64,000 nucleotides of DNA from Octopus vulgaris (lineage: Eukaryota), in NCBI GenBank assembly GCA_951406725.2, contig OX597816.1, positions 158,100,001 through 158,164,000 of the forward strand, written 5' to 3'. The translations under genes and the position numbers were made by a program. The notes beneath the pieces were generated by a model, which saw nothing but the letters and a program-made list of their open reading frames with translations, ran no database searches and was not told the DNA's origin. This document shows positions 1-13,577 of this stretch, piece by piece (position 1 is the stretch's first letter; each line of letters begins with the position of its first letter).

Positions 1-252
1 TAAATACAATAAATATATTTGTCTACCTACAGCCTTATTGATGTCAAAAGGTTAATACGTGTGCAGGGAGATTGTTGTCATTAAGCTTTTCCAAAGCCTA
101 TTGTTAGTTGTTGTTTAGGCCTGAGTCAGCCCTGATCAAGCAGTCCTAAATCAAAGAGGTTCCAGTTATGACCATTCTGTGCATCATGGTATGAATGATA
201 GAGCTGAGCAAAGTACCCCAGGGGTGTGTTCTCAGTGTGGTTAATACACACA

Positions 253-628
253 GGAGCAGGCATGGCTGTGTGGTTAAGAAGCTCACTTTATAACCATATA
301 GTTCCAGGTTCAGTCCCACTGTGTGGTACTTGAGGCAAGTGTCCCTACTATAGCCCCAAGTCAACCAAAGCCTTGTGAATGAATATGGTAGAAGGAAACT
401 GTGTTGAAGCCTGTCATATATATATATATATGTATGTCAGTGTTTGTATTTGTTGTGCACCACCATTTGACAAGTGGTGTTGGCTTGTTTACCCTAGAGG
501 TTTGGCAAAAGAGACAAACAGAATAACAGATTTAAAATAAGTACCAGGGTCAATTTGTCCAACTAAACCCTTTAAGACAGAGCCCCAGTATGGCTGCAGT
601 CCAATGACTGAAACAAGTGAAAGATAAA
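253..628 (+). mobile_element. tRNA-derived SINE family A
   Basis: A-box TGGCTGTGTGGTTAAG, B-box GGTTCAGTCCC, internal (TA)n, 3' end CCAATGACTGAAACAAGT; many copies in the window. Confidence 0.85.
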
Positions 629-2067
629 GGAAGCTACAGTAGGGTCTTACATGTGTAATACAAATAATTCAAAATAACTTTAAGAGAGACTAACACAATG
701 CACAAAAATTCTTTCTAGAAGTGTTTAAAAACGAGGGGGGTTACTAATATCAGCTGAAGAAACTTTTTCAAAACTAAAGACAATGTAAATGAGTGGATTC
801 TGTCTTTAATGCCAACTGATGATAGCATTGAACATGTTTCAATCTTATTTGACCTCCTCAGTAAAAGTTTTACTACTATCTGTACTACTATTTAACTCTC
901 TCACATACACACACAGAATGCTGCTCTTCGTTGGTTAAGCAATATAGAAAGTTGCCAAGCTGGTTCATGCATGCATGTCTTACACACACATATTGTCTTA
1001 AGGTATGGGCCCACTGAGCAGTTGTCCAAGACCTACAGGTCTTGGAGACCCAATTCTGATCTGTATATATCATGGTTTGCTGTTAATAAATATATACTAT
1101 AGGACCTAGGGGATCAGTTTACCTCAGGGCCTTTAATGCTGCAGAGACAGATCTGCATACATATGTATGTAAATCAAAGAGTGGGGTGTTAATTGAGAAA
1201 GATTTAGCTGCTATTTCTTGCAGGTATACAGCAACCCATGTAGAGATTTCTCTTGTTGCCTCAGTGTTTATGTGAAGAGAAAGTGCTACAAACCTAGATT
1301 GGAAATAGAGTTGTGTTGGAGTGGGAGAGAGATTTAAGTCTCAAGAAGCTTAGTTTTCTTCTCATGCCACAATAACAACAACAACAACAGCAACTTGAAA
1401 ATAATGATCACAGAAATACAATAACCAACCTTATTGGTGGGAGGAGAAAAAAAACAAAGCGAGAGAAAAGAAAGGAAGAAAGGAAACAACCAAATACATG
1501 GTGGTGCGGATTGTAAAATATTTAATAGATTAAACAATACATAAAAAGTAGACATGAAAACGTGAAAGAGGCAAGAGGCGACAGCAGAACGAGGCCGCTA
1601 TAGAGGTGGGAGTATGAATGCACCAGTTGTTATACAAACCAGACAATATACATAATCCACAAGATTGTTCTAAACTGTTACACAGAAGAAGCTAATTCCA
1701 TTGTAGTATTGTTATTTACCGGATTCTTTTTCTCTTATTTTTTTTCTCCACTTAAAAAATTTTTTTTTGCCATGATTATTTGCTGTGACAGAGGTGTATG
1801 ATCATTGTATTGCTTTTTTTATTTTCTCGACTGAATTATATTTACTCCCCGCCACCTTTACAAAGACATCAAACTTAACCTCATAAAATTTCACCCAGGT
1901 GTTACTAAAGACTTTCGGAAACTGTTAAACGTGTTAAGATGGACAAAATACAAGATAACTAAGTGTAGTAAACTTCCTCTCTCACATTAATTCACTTCAA
2001 TTGAAATTATTACAAGCTAGCTACAATACTTTTCTTTTCAGACCTGTAAATTGTGTAGGGTGTATAA

Positions 2068-2098
<31 letters not shown>

Positions 2099-2100
2099 TG

Positions 2101-2787
2101 TGCAATGTCAGTGTGTATGTTTGACAGAGCGTAAGCATCTTGAGAGAAAAGTTAGGCATAAGAGGCATCAGATGTGGTGATGCATATGGATGAGAATAGC
2201 TGTGTAAAGAAGTGCTGATCTCTAACTGTGGAGGGAACTTATGGTAAAGGTAGACCCAGGAAGAAATGGAGTGAGGTGGTGAAGCATGATCTTCGAACTT
2301 TGACCCTCACAGAGACAATGACTAATGACCAAGACCTTTGGTGATGTGCTGTGCACCCGTGCTGGTGGCAAGTAAAGAACAACTTTTGAGCGGTGGGACT
2401 CTCAGAGGCAAAGTGGCTGAGTTCCTTGGGAGCGATGGACTTCACAGAGGTAAAGTGGCCGAGTTCCTTTCAAGTGTTGGGCCTCATGGAAGCAATGACT
2501 GAGACCTTTGACATTATGTCATGCTTGAGAAGACCCATCAAGCCAAGCAAACTTGCAGTCGTGGCAGATATCGGGGTCACGCAAATTGACACCCATGCCG
2601 GTGGCACATAAAAGCACCCATTACACTCTCGGAGTGGTTGCCATTAGGAAGGGCATCCAGCTGTATAGAAAACCATGCCAAATCAGACTGGAGTCTGGCG
2701 CAGCCTTCCAGCATGCCAGCCTGGTCAAATTGTTCAACCCATGCCAGTATGGAACAACGTACATTAAATGATGATGATGATAATGAT
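2101..2787 (+). mobile_element. Decayed 3' fragment of RTE LINE
   Basis: Aligns by eye to 38455-38740 (GRPRKKWSEVVKHDLRTL) and to the RTE 3' UTR and (GAT)n tail. Confidence 0.88.
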
Positions 2788-2872
2788 ATAAAATACACAC
2801 ACACAAAGAAGCAAAATGCACAGAAATTGTATGCTGGACATAGACACACACACGCACATACATATATAGTGT

Positions 2873-3178
2873 AACCTCTCAAAAGAGCTGCTCTTCACTC
2901 CTGCTCCAGAGCGTCGGCTGCGGGGTCATTCCGAAAAGCTCTATCTGCGACGATTTCATCTCAATCGAAGGAGAGGGGCTTTCTCCATTCGGGTTGCGGA
3001 TCCGTGGAACAAGCTGCCAGACGAGATGGTGAAGATGCCGACGACCGCTTTGTTCAAAGTCTCCCTTGACCTCAAGTGGCCTAAACTCTTTACATGAACA
3101 CCACCCTGTACATAACTCCATGTCCCCCTACATGGCCTTGCTTTTTGCTTTTTGAGTCAAAAAAATTAACTAACTAAC
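2873..3178 (+). mobile_element. CR1-clade LINE 3' end
   Basis: Reads LSKELLFTPAPERRLRGHSEKLYLRRFHLNRRRGAFSIRVADPWNKLPDEMV...* (CR1 RGH..KL / FS.RV...WN.LP motif); short AACT-repeat tail. Confidence 0.85.
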
Positions 3179-3289
3179 ATATATATGAAATAAAATATTT
3201 ACGTAGTCAACTGGTTTCGCTTGTGTTAGGCATGAGGATGAAATTTGTAATAATGTTAAAATTTCATGCTGTCATAAATTTTCATTCCA

Positions 3290-3570
3290 TGTTAGTATTC
3301 TATCAGTCTCTTTTGCTGAATTGCTAAGTTACGGAGACACAAACACACCAAGATTGGTTGTCAAGCGATGGTGGGGGAACAAACACAGACCTACAAATAC
3401 ATACATATACAACGGGCTTCTTTCAGTTTCTGTGTAACAAATCCACTCACAAGGTTTATGTCAGTCTGAGGCTATAGTAGAAGACACTTGCCTAAGGTCC
3501 CGCACAGTGGGACTGAACCCGGAGTCATGTGGTTTTGAAGCAAGCTTCTTACCACACAGCCTCTCCTGCA
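3290..3570 (-). mobile_element. SINE family A
   Basis: Reverse complement of the family A head and body. Confidence 0.8.
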
Positions 3571-4088
3571 CTTATAATAAATAAATAAATAAATAAATAT
3601 ATATATATATTTATTAGTTTACATTTAAAGTATATATAATTTGAGGTTATCTATATATTTTGCTTGCATCTGTAATTACCTTTTAAACTGAAACAACAGG
3701 ATTTCAAATTTTTCAGAAAGCGAAAACTACTGTTTTCAAATGCAAACAAAATGTTTTTATATGCAAAAAAAAAAAGACGCAGCAGCTGTAAATTCTCAAA
3801 CACTAATTAGTTTATGATTATTTTTCTTTTTAATTAAAAGCATTTTTTTAAATATTTATTATTTATTTACATATATTCGCAGATTCTAAATTCCCGATAT
3901 TCAAAACATGGAAATCGAAAGAATGTTTGGCAAAAAAATGGCATAAAAAAGCTAAAGGAGGTTAAACAAAACAACAAAAAAAGATGTTAAAATGAATAAG
4001 CATCTATATATATATGTATGCATGGATATCGCTACATATAACGGGGCTCTGTAAAGTACAAGCTGAAGAACAACTAAACTAGTTTCAC

Positions 4089-4133
4089 CTTGTCTTTATC
4101 AGCTCATTAGAAATGTCTACTTCAATTGTTCTA
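4089..4133 (-). CDS. Candidate 45-nt symmetric (phase 2-2) exon, RTIEVDISNELIKT
   Basis: Acceptor TCTATCTGATTGTCTCTTGCAG and donor AG|GTGAAA; open only in phase 2. Confidence 0.33.
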
Positions 4134-4522
4134 CTGCAAGAGACAATCAGATAGAAGCTAATCATTACTTATGGAAAATGCAATGAACAACAGGCACTGC
4201 TTTCACTCATTATATGCATTGCCAACACTTATTAACTAAAGTACTGAGACAACATGGTTACAGGTTTAGCCACAGAATCTATTTACACTGCACGGCTAAA
4301 ATGTATGATCAAATATATTCATGTAAATTATTTATGACTTATCCACAATCACACTGCCTCAAGACTTTATACAGCTTATCATCATCATTGTCATCGTCGT
4401 CATCATCATTTATCATCTGTTTTCCATGCTGGTATGGTTGGATGGTTTGACCAGAGCTGTTAAGTTGCACCAAGTTCCTGTCTGATTTAGTTTGGTTTCT
4501 ACAGCTGGATGTGATCTCATAT

Positions 4523-4896
4523 TCTTTTCTACTCTAGGCACAAGGCCTGAAATTTGGGGGGAGGTGACTAGTCGATTAGATCAACCCAAGTACACAACTG
4601 GTATTTAATTTATCAACCCCGAAAGGATGAAAGGCAAAGTCAACTTAGGCGGAATTTAAACTCAGAACATAGTGGCAGATGAAATACCTATATCTTTACT
4701 ACCCAGAAGGGGCTAAACACAGAGAGGACAAACGGATTAAGTCGATTATATCGACCCCAGTGTGTAACTGGTACTTATTTAATCGACCCCAAAAGGATGG
4801 AAGGCAAAGTCGACCTCGGCGGAATTTGAACTCAAAACGAAATACCGCTAAGCATTTCACCCAGCGTGCTAACGATTCTGCGAGCTCACCACCTTT
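4523..4896 (-). mobile_element. Dimeric SINE family B (B1 + 3' part of B2) with 13-bp TSD
   Basis: Two family B bodies; TGTGATCTCATAT at 4510-4522 and 4897-4909. Confidence 0.8.
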
Positions 4897-4912
4897 TGTG
4901 ATCTCATATATT

Positions 4913-4943
<31 letters not shown>

Positions 4944-5189
4944 GTCAGGGGGAATGAAGGTAAGGGTTTTGCTGCAGAAAAGAGCAGGTAAGGACACCAT
5001 GGTCTGAACTATGGGCACACATAAGATGTACAGGGATCACAAACAAGCTAGCAGTAAATAAAGACTGTTTGTGGTAGATGTACATAAGTAGTTAATAACC
5101 AATAAATACTTTACAATGCTTAAAAGGTTCCATAGAAGTTGATAGAATCTCTTATGCAGGATGTGGAGGAGGAAGCTCTGGAAGTAGGG

Positions 5190-5935
5190 TAGCCAGGAAA
5201 AAAAAAGGTCTAAGAAATTCAGAGAGCTATTACCTCTGTTGAAGGCAAGAGGATTCACCCTTCAAACAAAGGGTAGATTGTATGTTGCTTGCATATGAGA
5301 TGCAATGCTGTATGACAGTGAGATGTGAACACTAAATGCAGAGGTTGTGTGAGGGTTGGAAAGAAATGAGGCAAACATGCCCTGCTGGCTGTGTAATGCT
5401 AGTGTGCATGAGCAACATGGTATAGATGAGCAGAGAAATAATAATAATAATATGGGCTACTCGACCAGAAGAAAATTCTAATTGGGCCCCACCTGCAAGG
5501 TCGTGTGCTGTTAATCTTGATATGAGGTCACCATGTCATGCACATATGGTTGTGATGCATGTGCTTGGTGTGCCCTTATCAGACGGGTAGTCGTGATGGG
5601 TATACTGGGCTTCGTATATTTTTACCCCAGTTTCACTTTGATGGCATGTACTGCTCTCTCACTCAATGATAATAATAATAAGAGGAATCAGATGTAGAGT
5701 ATAAGAGAGGTGACTGTGTTGATATGGTGATATGATGTGTATGAATAATGACAGAGGAATACAGATGTGCCAAGAGATTCAAAGAGGAAGAAACCTGTGG
5801 AAGACAATAACAATTAGAGAGAGATGATAAAGAGAACAAATTTCATGATGGAGATGATTAAGTGCTACAAGTAGTGAGAGACATTGTACAAGAGAAAACC
5901 CACCTGACCCTCACAAATATGGAAAAACAGATGTC
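5190..5935 (+). mobile_element. Old RTE 3' fragment interrupted at ~5453-5680 by an (AAT)n-tailed repeat also present inverted at ~63365-63525
   Basis: Similar to 38270-38740 (KFRELLPLLKARGFTLQTKGRLYVAC); the insert matches 63.4-63.5 kb in reverse. Confidence 0.72.
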
Positions 5936-7069
5936 AGCTGTGACTTGAAGTGGGCCATCCCTTAGAAATTTCCAGTTGTTCCCTCTTATAAATCTTCCCT
6001 CTCTTTCGTGTCAACTAGTATTACCTTGAACCCATACCTAACCAAAACATATTCCAGCTTCCATGCCTTTAGGTCTCTAGGTCAGTCCAGGCCTTATTAC
6101 TAACCCATGTTAAGTGGTATGCTCTTCATTATTCATAATTAGTAACCTATCCCACTTCCTAGAATATATAAAGTCTATTTGATATGCATGTTGGGTTGAT
6201 TACTAAGTAGTCAGGTGACTAGCTACAAGCCGGTTTCCTGAATCTAGTGTTGTAAATGGTTACATCATCCATTTTCATTTCTCATACCACAATTATAATC
6301 TCCAACCTTCAAAGAGTTCCCAATATGTCCATACATGGTCATGTATGTATACACTCGCACTATCAATCCAACATAAAGAGTTTTCTAGCCTCTAAAAACT
6401 CTTGCAATGAATATGTACATCAATTCAGTAACCTAAAGCTTATGAGCAGATGTCTACATGGCACTTGAATATAGTATGCTTCCAAGGTTGGGCCATTGTC
6501 TGGATAGAGGGGTTTAACCAGTTTTCATTCCAACAGAAAGCTTAAAACCTAATATCTCCAAACTGCAATATACAAAATGAATCTCAACGATATTTCAAAC
6601 TTAGAGTACTAAATATTTTTTTCGAACTAAAGAGAAAATTCCCTCTTTGCAAATAAAAATGAAAACACTAATATTGTTGAGCCCCAAATCATCTCTGATT
6701 GAGCAGACTTTTGATCAAAGGTAATCCAACTATGACCATCCCCTCCTCCTGTGGTGAAGTGCTGTGCTGCAGAGAACCTACCCAAACTATGAAAACATAA
6801 GAAATGGACATATAAATTAGGATGGTAGTAGTGATGGAGTATAGGGATGTGCGATACCTATGAGTCTCCCCAACTCTTCTTTATTCCCATCCATTGTTCA
6901 CCCCTTTCCCCCACCAGATAACCTTTCCTATCAATGTGTCACCCTACCACAACTACCTCTTATTCACTTATGTAACAAGGGATGAAATCACACTGGACTT
7001 TTTTTTGCTATTTAATCTCTTATCATCACTTTTATTTATTGCTAGCCATCTTTCCTCTCACTCTTCCTA

Positions 7070-7460
7070 TCATCGTCATCATTTAACATTCACTTTCCAT
7101 GCTAGCATGGGTTGGATGGTTTGAATGAAAACTGGTTATCTGGTGGGGGATTCACCAGGTTCAGATCTGATTTGGCAAGGTTTCTATGGCTGGATGCCCT
7201 TCCTAATGCCAACCACTCTGAGAGTGTAGCGGGTGTTTTTTAAATGCCACCAGTATGGGTGTCACTGACCGGGCACCAACATTGGCCATGACTACACAAA
7301 TAGTCTCACGTGGCTTGACAGGTCTACACAAGCACAGTATATCGCTAAGGGTCTTAATCATCTGTTACTGCTCCCGTGAGGCCCAACGCTTGAACAATGC
7401 TTTTTATGTGCCACTGGCACGGGTGCCAGTCAGACGGCACTGACATCAGCCACAACTACA
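7070..7460 (-). mobile_element. RTE 3'-UTR-derived repeat; further copies at ~18230-18510(-), 21685-21945(+), 22717-23090, 23890-24140(-), 32040-32265(+), 50310-50470(-)
   Basis: Shared GCTGGATGCCCTTCCTAATGCCAACCACTC core and (CAT)n/(GAT)n tail. Confidence 0.8.
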
Positions 7461-8705
7461 ATTTCAATATATATTTCTCTTTCTCTCCCCTCTCTTTCTG
7501 TTACTCTTTCCCATTACAATATCACCCATTGAAGATATGCATCAGTTTCTCTCTTGAATTCAAAGACTGTTTGAAGTAAAACATGTTTTAAGGCAACATG
7601 CTTTACCTTTTACTAATTTGAAGAATTTGCAAAAAACAAAAAAATGAGAGCAAGAGAAAATTGTGAAATTCTACCACAAAATAAAAAGAGCAAAACTGTA
7701 GACAATTTTATACTCATACTACCAACACTGAAAAAAAAAATAGGGATATTACTAAGTAACTTATATAATACCTAATAATGTAGCAAGTTATTCTGTTGTC
7801 ATTTGATTCCTGTTGGAGCCAAAAAGTTGCCAAAAGACATCTTGATTACAATTTCAGCTGGAACAAGATACAATAAAACATTTCAGCTTCAGATGTGAAT
7901 GTCTGAAACACCCAGTTGACATTAAATAAGCCTTACACAGACAAAAATTGAATAACCCTAAATCCTCCCAACTCTCGGCTCTGGTTTCATTGGAATATAT
8001 GCATTGCCTAAGGCTCCAGAATTGCTTTTATAATGTGGCAGGTTTCAAGTTGAGTTTGTATGCTGCTATAGATATTACTTGGTGTCACTGGACTCTGGCT
8101 AACTAGGGTTTCATTGCTAATTAAGAATTTATTAAAATACAAGAAAAACACTGCTTCATCATCATCAACATCATTTAACATGAACCTTTCCATGCGTGCA
8201 TGAATCATAGTTTGTTGAGGCAGATTTTCTACAGCTGTATGCCTTTCCTGATAATTTTCTATAGCTGTATGCCTTTCCCTCGCCTCATTTACAACCATAA
8301 AATAATGTCAAGATAAGGACACACATGCATACAGATAGATGGATGGATAAACAGACAGACAGATAGACAAACTGGAAAAAGCCCTTTGTTTATCTACCAA
8401 ATCCACTCTCGAAGCTTTGGTCAGCCCAGTGCTATACTAGAAGACTCTTGCTCAATGTGCTGCACAGTGGCACATATTTGGGAAGCAAGTTTCTTAACCT
8501 CACTGCTTCATCTGTGCCTATGCCACACAGCCACACCTGTGCTTATGTGGATAAAACACCAACTTCCAAAATCTCCTGACTAAGTTCATATTTTGCTAAA
8601 TACATTAAGCTCTATCTTCATAATTCATTAAGCTCTATCTTCAGATTTCTTGAGCCAATGGGAAAGCCTCTATGCACCAAATTATCCTCAACTATTTAAA
8701 AATTT

Positions 8706-8758
<53 letters not shown>

Positions 8759-9621
8759 GAAAATTAAATTCAAAATTAAATCTGAATAAACTCCAAGCAA
8801 TTACATATTGTTGTAATTAGTTTAAAATAGTTAAAATTGTCAGCACTTTTCACTTGCAATATCTTCATATTCTCGCAAAAACAAAACTAAATAAAATATA
8901 AAAATTTACTATATAAGCCACAGTTGCAATTAGAGAGTTAATGAAAAATAAGAATTACAATGGAAGCCACTTATTGCTATCCCTTTGGGACAGTGCCTTT
9001 GAGATAACAATACACAACTGATAAAATTATATGCGAATTTAATAAGTAGCTTTCACTGCATTCTGAGTTACCATCCAGATAATAATTAACAATTAAAGTG
9101 GGTGGCAGAGTATTCAATGCCGTCACCTATTTAGCTGTTAACTATTATGGATAGCATCTGAGAATAATTTAATTTTCCTCTTTTGCTTTTCAATTCTTTT
9201 ATTCTCTACCAACAAATAGACGTTTTTGTATTGAATCCAGAGAGTTATGCCTAGTCTGCACTTTACTGAAGAGTTTTAAAAAAAAATAAATAGGAAACAT
9301 GCACAAAGTTATCTCCCATACATCCTGAAGCAAAAATAATCGTATCCATTACTATTATTTTTTTTTCACAGCACATCTGATCATACTTAGGCTTTTTAAT
9401 GTTCTAAGTATTAAGTTTACCCTCATCTATTTATCACATATCAATTGCACATATATGAAGAGTCTGCATTTCATTAAAGAGTTAAAAATAAAAAGAAAAG
9501 AAAAATACCCACACCCTTAAAGTTGTCTCCCATATTAGCAAAGGTAAAAATAATTACAACTGTATTTCTTTTACTACATATTTGATTATCTTACTTTGGA
9601 TTTTCAATGCTCCATAGTTAT

Positions 9622-10094
9622 TTAACCCTTTCATTACCAACTCGGCTGAAACCAGCTCCAGCTCTGAGGACAAATGTCTTGTTTTCATAAGTTTTGAATA
9701 AAAATCTTCCACCAAACCTTAGTCATAGTTAACATGAGCTGAATGATAACTAAATTATTTTACTAAATTCTTTGTTCTATTTAAAATTAATTGAAAGAAA
9801 CACAGAGCATCTCAACAGAAACATGGTAACAAAAGGGTTAAAATATATAATAGAGAAACAATTCTTAACCCTTTTGATACTAACCTGGCTGAAACCACTT
9901 CTGGCTCTGTAGTACAAATGTCTTGTTTTTATAAGTTTTGAATTAAAATCTTCCACCAGACCTTAGTCACAATTTATGTTCCTAACACTAGCTGAATGAT
10001 AACTAAGTTATTTTACTAAATTCTTTGTTATATCTAAAATTAATTGAAAGAAACACAGATTAGCTCAAAATAAATACGGTAACGAAAGGGTTAA
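9622..10094 (+). mobile_element. Dimer of TTAA-flanked (piggyBac-like) MITEs
   Basis: Each monomer runs TTAA-CCCTTT...AAAGGG-TTAA; 23-bp spacer. Confidence 0.85.
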
Positions 10095-11154
10095 TATACG
10101 TTGACAGTTGAAAAACAATTAGGAAGGTTTGGAGGAGGAACAAACAGAGCTTATTTGTCAAGAATGTGGATCAAACAAATCTAAAAGTTCAATCTCTAGT
10201 AATGCACCAGCAGGTACAAAACTACAAATTTAGAGGAAAGGAACAGTCACTTAATTCAACCTATTACACAAGTAGCACTTCATTTTATCGACCACCACCA
10301 CAACCATCCCCACAAAAAGGAAAAAAACATTAAAGCTGAACTTTGGCATGATTTGAACAGAGAACATAAAGGGAAGAAATAAATATGACAAAAGCATTTT
10401 AATCCGATGCTCTACCAATTCTGCCATTCCAATAATAGCATAGTGATTCATTGGCAGTATTTATTGGTAAAGAGAGATTAGTACAGTAATATGCAAAAAG
10501 CATTGAAGAAATTCTATTAAAGACATTTGAATTGCTGTAGTAGAACGACAGCTGAAAAAGACAAATACAAGTATACCACATGATAGGTTTAGGCAGAACA
10601 ACGCAATTTATTCTTCTTCAATCTCTTTACTTTGTCATTTACACATGTGAAGCCATTTTTTATGTTAAGACTTAATGCTTGTGATTTTTATCCAATCATC
10701 ACTTCCCCAGATACTATCAGCAATAATGAAACCATACCCTTTGCATTCAATATATTACATCAGCATTAAAGTGAACAAAGTACTGGATAATCAACCCCTG
10801 TGGTGTGTGTTCAAATCGCTTGCAAGTATTTTGTTGTGTATTTGAAAAGTACACTGGATATCATGAATTTAACTATCAAAAATAATCTGAGATCATTACC
10901 TTTGGTAGGTTGATATCCTCTGCAGTGGGGACATCATTATCATTGTTTTAATGTCTACTTTTCCATACTATCATGGGTCAATAAGAATTCATTGAGGTAG
11001 ATTTTCTGTGGCTAGATGCTTTCACCTGTTTTCAAGCAAGGTAATATTTCCCTTAGTTTGACAAACATGAACAGCACAATGGCTGAACATACTTTCATGG
11101 AAGACAGAAAGGAAACAACACTTCTTGTATGACAGTGATATTTGTTTATCATAC

Positions 11155-11191
<37 letters not shown>

Positions 11192-11556
11192 GGACAGCAA
11201 ATCTACATGGCATGTATACGGACAGCAATTCTACATGTTAGTAAGACTTGGGCCCTGAATGCAGAGGACATGCGAAGTTTTCAGGCGAGATAACAAAGGA
11301 CTAGGATGCCTGGCACCTTGCAGTACTAAAACAGAATTGTTAAGACCAGTCCCTCTGGTAATGTAAAGCCCTTGTGGCAGGGCCACATAAGAGGACCCAT
11401 GCAATGCCACATAAAAGCATTCAGCATACTCTGTAAAGTGGTTGACATTAGGAAGGGCATCCAGCCATAGAAATCTGACTGGAGTCTGGTGCAGCTCCCC
11501 AGCTCTGGTCTAACTGTCTAACCCACACCAGCATGGACAATGGATGTTAGATGAGG

Positions 11557-11603
<47 letters not shown>

Positions 11604-13179
11604 AGAGAGGGGTGTGTGCATGCATGCACATGTGCAACTTATATAGTACCTTTATAAACAGGGCAAATTTAGCTGCTTCTCCATAGATTAAAGAAATAAT
11701 GAACACCTTTAAGTGATTTTCAAATCTTATTGGATTCTCATCAGAGGTGTGTACATCAATTTAACAAATCCCAAACACAAGCAGCCAACCTGTTTATATA
11801 CTCAACAATTACAGAAGCTATATATACATATATATATATATATCCTTCTATAGTGATCCTTAGATGGAGCACAGTAATCTCCTTGTGTCAGTTTACGAGG
11901 CATATTCAAAATGTCAGAGAAAGGATACTGTATAATGCCAGTTGTGCTTATGCTGTGAAGTCATGAGTTTGGAAGGCCACACACCAGTTAATATTGGCAC
12001 ATATGGTTTCTTTTATTACTGTAATGAATCCTTGTAACAATCACTAAATTGACTAAAACGAAAATTACTAAACGGACGAAGTATAGGGTGAACATCTGTT
12101 CACAGATCTTTATTTAAAATTCTACTGAGGATATTTTAACTCTTATATACAACAGCTTATGCCCGTAATACAAGTCAGTTTCTTGAATTTAATCTGTCAT
12201 ATTCACACAGCACAAGTACAGCCACACAATCAACTTAGTTCTTCTTCAGTCGCTGCAACTTTTCTGTTTTCTTTACTATTAAGACAATATCAAAGAAACA
12301 ACCGAAAATGAAGAACAAGCAAACGGCTGAAAGAAACTAATATATTTTCTAATGTGTGTGCTGTTGTTGTTAATGTTACAAGCCCTGAGGGCAAAATACA
12401 ATTACAAAACATCATACTCAATAACTTTCTTTCATATCATTTAAATTTTAAACAATTTCTAACACTTCAAATAAGCTTTATACTGCTGCAGGAAAACAAA
12501 AATTATTTTCTAATCTACTCATGGTTCATTAATATATTTAATTATTCGAAGAATTCTTCATAATACATTGCTGTAGTGAGATAGCTCTCTCAACCTGTGC
12601 ACTGAATTATATGTTTCTTTTGCTTCTCAGATTTGAAGGTGTAAGGCCATTGGTTTAGTACAGATTCAAAGATGCCAACTAGATACATGGCTTTATCACA
12701 GATGTGGGTTCAAATCCAAGCAAAATCAACTTCATTAGGATATTGGTCACAATAAGTAGCAATCATGAAACTAATTTCAGCAGATTAACAGTGATCTCTA
12801 TTCTGTGTATGCGTGTATGAAAGAGAGAGAGAGACAGACAGACAAATAGACGGACACTGTCACACACACAGAGCGAGAGATAGAAATTATGCTACTGTTT
12901 AGCCCCAGGTCAGCTCCCATTGAGTATATCTATGATCATAGGTATTTAAGCCATGACCATCTGTCACTTTTTGAGCAGAGAGTAACTGAGACGTAAGAAA
13001 TTTGACAGCAATTTCTAGCATGAGAAATCACATAGAGGCTGCCTTTTGATTATGATATTCTTCAAAAGAGATCAAGTTCTCAACAAAGTTGTAAGTGGTG
13101 GAGACAAAAGTACACCAAATTTTAGCTTCCTTCTTCTCAGTCTAGTATTTAAATCCTGCTTTCCCTTAGGTGATACTAA

Positions 13180-13210
<31 letters not shown>

Positions 13211-13577
13211 CAGTAGGTGCAAGCATAGTTGTGTGATTAAGAAGCTAGCTTTGCAACCACATGATTTCGGTTTGAGTCCGACTGTACAGTACCTTGGGCA
13301 AGTGTCTTCTACTATAGCCTCGGTCTTGTGAGTGAATTTGGTAGATGGAAACTGTGTTGAACTTCCATCAAATATAAACGTTTCTATTGTAATGTGATAT
13401 AATAGTTTCACTTTTATATTGTTTCACTTTAATTCTAATGTGATAACACTAAGACCATCTTATTTTACACACTTACCGTTGAGTTACTAGTTAACAAATC
13501 TTGTAACAATTGCAAAATTGCAAGGTATTTACAGTTACATATTAACCCTTAAATTAACATTAAATACGTGTGTTTAA

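Noticed and set aside
3680-3687. 8-nt microexon candidates (also near 7720 and 29298)
   Set aside because: Frame-breaking with weaker signals; expected by chance in A/T-rich DNA
7772-7857. 86-nt minus-strand exon-like segment with a good acceptor and AG|GTATTA donor
   Set aside because: Stops in all three frames; could only be non-coding or poison, with no further support
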